A DNA stretch of 64,000 bases from NCBI GenBank assembly GCA_038496445.1, contig JALMLS010000005.1:62001-126000 (forward strand), written 5' to 3'. The stretch is from Trichosphaerium sp. ATCC 40318. Its lineage: Eukaryota; Protista; Tubulinea. Under the pieces are notes generated by a model, which was given only the letters and a program-made list of their open reading frames with translations, was not told the DNA's origin and made no database searches. The first letter of the stretch is position 1. Each line of letters opens with the position of its first letter. Of the stretch, positions 51,795 to 61,806 are shown piece by piece. Made by a program: the position numbers and the translations under genes.

Positions 51795-52329
51795 TGTACA
51801 AGATATGACACTTCTGAAGAAAAAGCTAGTTGCAAAGTCAAGATGAGTCACTGACTTATGCATACAACTTTTGTACACGTTTACCACTCATACCCTTATG
51901 AAGTTAGTAGGCGCCCCATTATTGCTATATCAGCCAATACCGTTAAATCAATGCTTGATTTCCGTAGTACGTCCGTCATTCATTTCTCTGGGTCTTTTGT
52001 TAGCGACAGTCTGAAATGGTATTGGAGGTGCCACAGAATCTACAACCTGGTTAACGTATCAAAAGAGAGCGTAGTAATGTAGACGTACAATCCATAAGAT
52101 ATGTAATATCACTACTTTGAACACTCGGATATTTGTCAGTTAATCCCAACAATCCTAGCAGTGGCTAGTAGTATTCTCCAGCTAGATTGCATTAATATCT
52201 TTGACAATAACACCCGCTTTGTGAGCATACCTTGAATAACAAAGGAGGTGCAGTTTCCTCCGAACACAGACTTGTTTTTCGACATGATTACTAGTCATCA
52301 AGATCACGTGCCTATCAGAACTACACTCA

Positions 52330-52720
52330 GAAGTACTTATTTTGTATTGACCACAAAATCATTCAGTTTTTCGGTGCCAATTCTTCATTGTGTTGTTATT
52401 ATAGTGTGAGTACAATGCAAAGTAGTATCGGCTGTGCCTTGACTAATACTCCAACAGTTACAAACTGATCTTCACTTCCAGAAGCAATCGTAAATAAGTG
52501 AAGGTACCTACAGCCAGCATTAGAAATGTGAAAGCATGCTGTTATGTATGTATGATTTATCTTCCATCAATCCTATAAATGTCTCATAGTGCTGGCACAC
52601 TGCAGACAATATCCAAGGAAAGTCACTTGATAGTATTGGTCCTACTTTATCAAGTTTGGTTCTATTTTGTAAGATAGTGTCTTTCTGTTCCTAAATAGTA
52701 ATCAAATAACGCCAGGTACC
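52330..52720 (-). pseudogene. Decayed WD40-repeat gene fragment
   Basis: IASGSEDQFVTV followed by a 1-nt frameshift to (W)SISQG, in-frame stops, and an intron whose donor appears lost. Confidence 0.4.
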
Positions 52721-53006
52721 ACGGTATTGTAAAGCTGTCGAAGTAAATGCACTAAAAAAGAGTCCTGAAATGACGTTTTTCCACCTTCCTCTTTTAGTAA
52801 GATCAGAATCAATCAGCCAACTTTTTGGACTCTTTTTTTTCTCAGCTCCTAAATATTTGTTCTACATGCGTTTGGTGTATGTTTTATCGTTTGCTCATAT
52901 AATACAAAGCAGTTTTATTGCCATCCTATTATCACTGCATGCTGTATGTAAAAAAACTGATCTTTGTTTTCTTTATTAGACATGGGCAAGTTCTACATTT
53001 GCAATA

Positions 53007-56000
53007 CTAAATACTGACGGTACACACGTGAAAAGTTTGCTTGCTAAAAGAATCAAGTTAGTTTAAACAAAACATTAACCACATACAATAACGTACTCTT
53101 CATGTAACCTCATAGTTGTGCAAACTTCGCTTTCATTTCCTGGAGAACCTAAAACAAAGTGAGCACGAAGGCTTATGAAATCCAAACAACGTTTTACAAA
53201 AAAAACTAACCAAAATTTGTGAATATCTTAACAAACACTGTTGTTCCAGTGAAGAGTTTCCTTGACGAAAAAAGTTTAACAGATACATCGTATGTCCCTT
53301 GTTTTGCACTACGCAGAACATATTCAACAGGCCCTAGAATATGTATGTTAGAAGTGCTTCACAAACAGAAGGGTACCATATCCACTTGTAAAATCACGTG
53401 ATACTAAACCTCCATTTTTAGTTCTATCATTAAAACTATAACACTCTTGTCCATTTGGCTCACTGTATACAGTTTAGTAGTTTACATGGAGAGTAATTTA
53501 ACACTTACGTTACATGTAGTTCTACATTAGTAGCATCAGTATCCCATTGAAGGACAACTCTAAGGTCAATAGGCACAGGTGCAATTAAGTTCTTGTCTAT
53601 TCGAACCTACATAAATTATCAGCGTTTCTATGTATACATTGTTTTTCGTACATTCAGTTTATGAACCAAGTCATATTCATTCAAATACATGTATACTTTA
53701 TTAACATCCATGAGTGCAACCACTTCAACTTGAGCAAACCTTTTAAAGTTAGTTCGTAAAACTTGAATTCTTGTACGTACCTGACATCCCATTCTTTAGT
53801 TAGAATTGTATTATACATATTCATAGCATCGTTATACAAACTCATTGCTTCTCTTACTTTCTAACAAAGTACTCAACAATATGGATAGTTAAAAAAAAAT
53901 ACCTCTGATTCAACCACAATTTTGTCATTGTTCTCTTTTCTTTGCTTGCTCATTATACTATTTGCTTTTTGTACTAAAACTTGTGCAATATTATAGTAGC
54001 TTTGAGGCTCTTCCTAAAGATAAAGTTAGAGTTTGAAACCACAATAAATCCTTTGTAAACACGTGCAGGTCTAATTTTCAATATTTTTCTATAAACTCCT
54101 TCAGCTTTTTCGATGTTGCCAAGTGACTCATACTTAAAAGCAAGGATACGTAGGTATTGTGGGTTATTAGTATCAATCTAGTATTGATTATTAAGAAGAA
54201 CAGTTAAAAATTAACACAATCAAACCTCAGCAAGATTAGATAAGATTCTTTGACCAAGTCCTGTATTCTTTTGAAAGAACGCACGTGCAGCATCAAAGAA
54301 GTACTGGGGAATAGAAAAAGCGTCTTTTTTAGCCTTCATATACTCTGTATAATCGGTGCCTGTGATTTGATAGCTGGTACTTAGAGGTTTCCATTGCTAC
54401 GTTAAAACATGAATAAACCGGCAGAGTGCAAACTCAAACATACACTGAACTTGACTTTGTCATGTTTTCCTTGAACCATAAATCGGGTTTCAATGCTTTG
54501 ATCTATGAACTGTCCTTCATCCAAATTATCCAAAATTGATTCTTGAACTGAAAGCTCTCCAGATATAGCCTAACAAACAAAACTTAAATTTAAAGTCAAG
54601 CCCAAAAAAGAAAGAAGTTTGACTTACAAACGACATTGATTTTAGTTTTTGGAGCTTGTCAGCAAGTATATCAAGTTCCTTATCTTGTTCTTCCATCATT
54701 AAAACATTCGAACTAACTGCCTGATCTTCATTGCCAAGACAGTATATCTGTCGCGAATAACAATCAAGATTAACCTCAGGTTTCTTCTTTTTCTCTTCAG
54801 GTTTACGAGCTTCAACAGACCAAGGTGTTACTACTTGTTCTTTCTTAACCTTACTCTCATCCAATTTTCGAAGCCTGCCTGTACGTCGAGCAGCAACAAC
54901 TCCAATTTTCCTGCTAGCTCGTTCTGCCTGAGACGTAAGGACCGGGGTTTCTTTTAAGAGTTCTCTAGCCTTTTCAGAAAAAATACCAAGAGCAACCTTT
55001 GTTTCAGGTTCCATCACTATTTCCGGTTGTTCTACTTCTTGTTTCAGAATTAAGAACGTCATTTAATACAAAAATAAAGTTGTACCTTGTTGCAATGTAG
55101 AAATATCTAAGAAATCATTTGTAGCACCATTACCTCCGAAATCACTAAAAAACGCTCCCTCTTCTCCATAAGAGTCTTCAGCATACTCCTGAAACAAATC
55201 CCCTTGTCCAATGTAAGCCTCATCATAGCACTCCTCAGCGTATTCCTCAGAATAACCTTGAATGTTTTTATATTCTTCTTCTGGCGCAATGCTACTAAAC
55301 AAACTCACTACTTTTTCTGGACTATTTGCTTTCTTATCCTCAAATCCAATCTTTTGCGCTGACTCAGTTATTGGCTCCTAAATGCATGAGCCGGAGTGAG
55401 AATGAGTTAACAAAGAGTCAAACAAGACGTACATCTGAATCAGATGCAGACTCGCCAATTAAACCATTACTACCCCAACTACCTCCATCGGAACTACTGT
55501 CATCATCACCAAAAAGACCTCCAAAATCGCTATCAGAACTACTTGAACTGCTTTGCTCTTCTTCTTCTACAGGAGCTGCTGCAGCAGCAGCCATACTGAT
55601 ACTTGACCGTCTCCTACGGTTCCTACCATAGTGTTAGCATTTAAAGTAAGCAATGTACGCACAGCTTATGTGCAAGGTCACCAAAAAGATCAAAGCCTAA
55701 GCCATCCTCATGTTCTTTACCGTTTTTCGAAGCAAATAGATCTTCTTCTGAACTGGAAGAAAAAAGACTTGAGCTCACTCTTTTTGTGACAGGCTTTGTT
55801 TCTACAGGCTCACCCCAATCATCATCATCGTCTGATCCTCCGAAAAGACCACCGCCACCAAATTCTTCATCAGAACATTCTTCTTTGTCCTCTTCTGGAT
55901 CAGGCTCAGCAGCGTAAGCAGGCTCATCAAATAACCCGCCTCCCGTGTTTTCATCGGAACTGTCGCTGTCGCCACCAAACAAGCCTCCGCCCATACCGCT

Positions 56001-59000
56001 ATCAGAACTGCTTGGACTCTCTTCTTCGCGCTCTATAGGTGCAGGTGCTGATGCTGCAGCACCCCAAGAAGTATTAGACTTCCCTTTGTTACTGAGAGCA
56101 GTGTTTGAGCTAAATAACCCAGCACTATCACCAAACAATCCGCCACCTCCTAAATCTTCAGAACTACTACCAAAAAGGCCATATCCCATATCTTCGTCAC
56201 TCTCAGTTTCACTTTCTTCTTGAGCAGCGGCTGCTTTAGAGTTATTGTTATTACTGGTAGATGATGGTTTTGGATCTGGAGGTGCCCAGTATTCACTATC
56301 ATCGCTCATATAAGATACCGTAGTTCCTGAGGAAGATACAATAGTACGTGGTAGATGTTTTTCTTTATCTATAGGATAACTACCAATTGGGTTACCTGTG
56401 TTAATGATCCTCACAGATTCATTTTTTTGTTGGGTTGATGAAGGTGTTGTACTAGTTTTTGTTCTGAATTTTTGCCTTTTCTTTTTTGGTAGTGGTGCAT
56501 AAATAGGATCATTTATAATTACTGAGGGAGCGTATGTTGGCTCTTCCGGGATAATATTGTAATTATCTTGAGTTTCTTGAGGTTGTTCTATAATCTCCAT
56601 GACGAACTCTGTATCTTCTTTATCTTCGACAAGCGCCTCAATTTTGTACATAGGTTCTTGGAACTCTTCAAGTTCTACGCTCTAAGTAGGTTGTATTAAT
56701 ACAAAAATTTGGCGGCAGTAACTTATATGAATACGCACTTCTTTCATACCGGCATACCATGCCTTTCTTGTTTCCCATAAATCAAGTACGTAGCATAATC
56801 TTTCATTTTCTTTGTCTGTTTGTTCCTTTTTTTTTCTATCTTTTATCTCTCTCCATTTTGTTCGTATATCATACAATGCCTCGGGTGGCTCAATATCATC
56901 TAGACCATATATATTAATATACAAGAACATAAAATAAGTTTACAGCCTTACGCTTTATATACTGATCAAGGCTATCCAACACAACGATGCTTGTATTTTT
57001 TGTAACAAAATTAAATTCCCGTCCAATCTATTGAATTGTTAAATAGAACTCTTTAAGTTACTCTATACGTTACCTTTGATATCTTTTGATCATTTTCCTT
57101 TACCTCAGGGAATAGTGTTAATTCAGAGACACACTGTTGAGCCCAAAATCGAGAAGCCAAGCCTCAAAGAAAAAAATAAGAAAATAACAACTATAAGATT
57201 GCATTATCGTCTACCAGATATCGCAAGGCTTCCGGCTGTTACATGTAACGTCAAAGGTATGGTATGTGTTATTTTTGTTCCGTAACCAAAGAACTAAAAA
57301 CAAAATTAAACGGCCTTAAAAACAACAAAGCAAAGACATAGAGTTACTTACCAACCTAACATTCTGAGCGGGAGTATCAGGTGTAAAACCAACTAGTTTA
57401 CCAGCAAACTTGAAATCCTCAGAATCAAGAGCAGTAGGAACACCTACATATGTTTAGCCATAAACATAGAGGTGTCAGTGACATACTTGGGAAAACTTCA
57501 GTCACGTGATCACCATACTGCGCATGTATGAATCCAAACCTTGGTTTACCAAGTTGTGAAACTAAGTCTTCATACTTTGTAGAATTTTCTAGCATGTAAA
57601 AGGAACCTCCACTCTTTCTTGCTAGAATAGGTTGTTAACCGTCACAAACACAGGTAAAGTATTACTACTACCTAAAATCTTTAATAGATTCGTGTCCATT
57701 GCATCTGTTTTAGCAGCAAACGCATACACAGGGCAGTTGAAACTAACAATAAAATAAGCTAAATACTCTACCGTGCTAGTACCTCTTAGGCATATCTTCA
57801 CCAATAGTACTCATTCCATCAGTGAATAGTAAATAAAATGAATGTTCCTTCCTTGTATTTAATGAACTCAAATCTGTACCACCATCGTAGTCAAGCTTAA
57901 AACATATTAAGCCAAAAACAGTAGAAGAATAACTGTAAGTACATTTTCCAAAAAGTTTGCTACTTTAACATGTTGTCCATCTCTTATATTGAATACCCTT
58001 CCACTCGCACATACATCTCTGAACACGTATACTACAAGTTTAAAGTTCTTGAATCTAGTGCAAAGTGCTTTTATAACACGCAAATCAAGCTTGTGAGACT
58101 CCGTATTAGCTCGGGATCTTGAGGCATCCCAAAAAATTCCAATACTTTTTACATCAACAGCTTGATTTGATTTTTGTTGAGGGACCTTTACAGCCACAGC
58201 AAAGAAGCTCTCCTATATTTTTTATAAGTACCCAAATCCAATAATCAAAACAAGAAAGAGTAGTACAGTATCTGCATGCTTCTCTACAACCAGATTTTGT
58301 GTAAAAGATAGGATGGTTAATTGTACTCCTTTAGATATTTTCACGTTTTCTTGGCGTTGGTTGTATTTGTATTGTTGTTTCTATGGCGCGGTCATCAACT
58401 ATGTATTCGTAATAGATAAACTAGTACTGAACTTACGTTTGCTTTTCCTTCACCAGAAACAGCGCTCAACGACATTAACTTATTGGTGGAAAAGTCATCT
58501 TATTGGGCACGTGTAAGTAAAAAACCTCACCTATTATAACCTCTTCGTACCTGTAATTTTAGGTACACCATTTTGTACATTGGTCAATATCTATATTAAG
58601 TCTGAGCCTGTGTTAGTGCCTGTAGTAACGTACAGTCAAGTGGTATAAATCAAGATTTTGTGTCACTTTCATAGGTAATGAAAAAGTGCCTAAAGAATTC
58701 TGTATTGCTAACTCCTCAGTGTACGAAACGCGTATAGTTCGTGTCTTATTCTTGGGCAATGGGAAAATACGTGTTTTGAATACATTACCAACTGTTGAGA
58801 GTAAGAATTTGATCACGAAAATAGGTGCAATTTTGAGCACTGGAAAAACCCTGGTACACTTTCTTATGTGTAGTTTGGAGGGTTCAGTGCTCCATTTGTA
58901 CGTACCAACATGCTCTGCTACAGATATAGAGTGCTTTTCAACCACTTTACGAGCTTCTGTTTCAAATGCCACTCTTGCTTTTTCTTTATCAACTACAACG

Positions 59001-59381
59001 CCCTCAACCAGACTTCCATTTATATCTACGGCGTATCCGCAAATTGTAGCGTTTGTTGGTAACGGAAATATTAACTACGGTCTGCATAAGCGCCTGGTAA
59101 GAAAACTACGCATTGCAACCACAGCCAACGGCATTTAACATAAAATTGATTGTAAACAAACAACAACGTACTTCGCCTTCTGTTTCTCTTCCCGTGTTGT
59201 TCATGAACACCATTGTAATGGTTGTTTTAGCCAGAAACCCATCGCATTCCTAAAATAACGCTCAATGTACGTTAATGAAACTAACGGTTAATATACGCAC
59301 TACACCAACAATAAGGTGCTGTAGACGACAAAACTGATTTGACGCCTTCACTTTAAGCTTAAACTGCCGTGTGTCGCTCAT
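53007..59381 (-). CDS. Large VIT + vWA-like + acidic repeat insert + TPR + DUF2135/YfaP-like protein
   Basis: VIT: [45 protein letters not shown]. vWA-like: [21 protein letters not shown]-terminal [24 protein letters not shown]...[13 protein letters not shown]. Confidence 0.88.
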
Positions 59382-59811
59382 GTCGATGTCACGTTGGTAT
59401 ATACGCCAAGATGGCAACGTACAATACCAGCAAAATACAACGAAGAGAAAAAAATTGGTTGTTTTCAAATAAACAAATGTCAAATCTCGTACTAAATTCG
59501 CAATAATGGCACTCTCGTATTTGGACTATTTTACACAATAGCCACACTAAACCGTTTCACTAGGGGCACACGTGTCATAGACAACTGTAAAAAAGAAGTT
59601 ACTGCTTTCTGTACTCGGTGAATATCCTTTAACTCCAGCGGTACAAAATGTACCGGATTTTGTTTTTCATATTTTCTCCTGTTGAGAACAAATTTTCAAA
59701 ACCTTTACGGAGCGAATCTAACTAGAATAACTGAACGAAAATGCGACAAGCAGATACAAACAAAGTTACCAAGGTAAAAACTTTAGTTTATTTTTGGTGA
59801 ACAACAAGTTT

Positions 59812-61530
59812 TTAATTTGTAGGGTGTACAGCAGGAGCAAAACCGACCTACAACGAAGTAAGAATAAACATAGAAAATTAAATTATTTTAACGAACCTGT
59901 TTGTTACCAAAGTCAAAGACAGTGTAGTATTTTCTGATGAAAACATCACCCAAGATGAAAAGACTCTTGATTGGTGGAGGGAATTTTGTGCCGAGGAAAC
60001 CGCTTACGCACTCACTTTGTCCCAAAGCGTTAATCTTTAAGAAATAAATCAGTACAACGAGAGGAGGGCGTATGGGAGTGAAACAAACGTTACCTTAAGG
60101 ACGTAGTCTTGTGGAGTCAAAGTAAATGTTTTACCATTGATGACAACATCGACGTTTGGTAGAGTATCAGTAACATTGCAGCTAGCAAATACAGCTTCAC
60201 CTACGCCTGGTACAATGATAGCACCCAATTTTTGATTGAGAGGGTTAATCAAAGACTCAGGTCCAGCAATAAGAGATGTACCAGTATCAGCGATAGCAGA
60301 GCAAGGCTAATAAAATCTTTAGCTGAAAAGATTGTGACCAAAAGATAAAAAACTTACGCTTCCAGAACACCAGTTCAAGCTAGTACCACCGAGTTTAAAG
60401 TCTTGGACACCAAACTCCCAGTATGTATCACTTGTCAACTTGGTAAATTCGATTGTACCAGAGTATCTAGCGCTATCTGCTTCTCCAAAATCTAGCTCAC
60501 CGCCACCAGCTGTACCTGGCTTGTTCGAGAGGTAGAAACTAATGACAAGTCGGTTAGTAATCACAACGCCACGTGGATGATTTAGTACCCGAAAAGATTA
60601 TTTTGGATAAGTTTTTGAGACATAATATTGTAGAAAACAGGTGTGGTATGATCAACAGAGATTGTTTCGAAAGCCAAACCGAGCAAACCATCAAATTCAG
60701 CAACCTAACCCAAAAGTTCAGTAAACTTTTCCACCTACTGCCAAAAAAGGCGTACATCAAAACCAAGACTGCTCTCGGCGGTAGCTTCTCCAAATTGTTG
60801 TTTCATGATGTTCAAATCTCCAATGGTAACAGTATCCTATAGATAAACTTAATAAAGCGGTTTTTTCATGAGATTACGACTTGGCGTACTTGGCTAACAA
60901 AACCAGAGGCTGCGCCGCTACCGTAGGTGATATTCCACAAAGTGCCGTTAGCAACATAGGTGGAAGATTTGGTAGAGTAGTAGCGGTTGTGGAGATCACA
61001 TGCCCAATCTGAGAAAGGACACTTTTCAGAAGGTACCTGAAAGAAGATTAATAAAGGCGGAGAAAAAGTTTCAGCGCTTGCCCACAAGTTGCTGGAACCA
61101 GTGTCGAAAACAACTTTGAATGGTTGTGCAGGTGTTCCAATAGAGATAGGACCAAAAAATTGAGCATCTTCGTAGTTAGTGAGACCAACCTATTTCGTTT
61201 CTTAGCTTTTTGCTAACAAGGAGAACAAAACCAGAATTTTTTGCTATCAACCGCAGAAAAAAAAAATAACCGTTTGAGCGCACGTGATTTAATTTTGGTT
61301 TGGAAAATCATGTATCCTTTTCAAAAAAGTACCTTGTGACCAGCGTCAGCCGCCATTTTCTCCAGACTATCAAGGGCTACATCAGGATAGTATCCGCGGT
61401 ACTTATGAAGTAGTTTATGGGCGATAAGGTGCGTTTTGAGTGGGTTTACAACAGGTGTTGATTTTTGGAGCTGGATCTTAAAACCTACTACAACTAGTAC
61501 AGCTACGAGTAATAAAGCGAGAAGACGCAT
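59812..61530 (-). CDS. Cathepsin D-like aspartic protease (pepsin family A1)
   Basis: Signal peptide, [25 protein letters not shown]|VPS, YGSG flap, [29 protein letters not shown]. Confidence 0.96.
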
Positions 61531-61806
61531 TGTTAACTTGGTAGTATCGGTAAAAAAAGTTGATTTGACGGGTGCTGACTATTTAATTGTGTACTTTTTC
61601 CTTTTGAGGAGGCTTTGGCGCTTTCTTACTCCTCTCAGTTGGTCTTACTCACTTCCTAGCTTTCAAGCCTTCTCAAATCGAACGCTTACACAAGGTTTCG
61701 TTCACGTCAAACCTTTTTTGATAGGGAGAACAAAAGGTATAAAATTAATACGTTTGTTGGTAAAAAGCAAGTAATGTCATTTGCCTGTCTTTCTTTATTT
61801 GTGATT

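Noticed and set aside
439-61320. GTATCCTT matches (about 439, 1871, 29901, 61312) as U12 minor-intron donors
   Set aside because: They are antisense to the local gene or not at exon boundaries, and I found no AT-AC intron.
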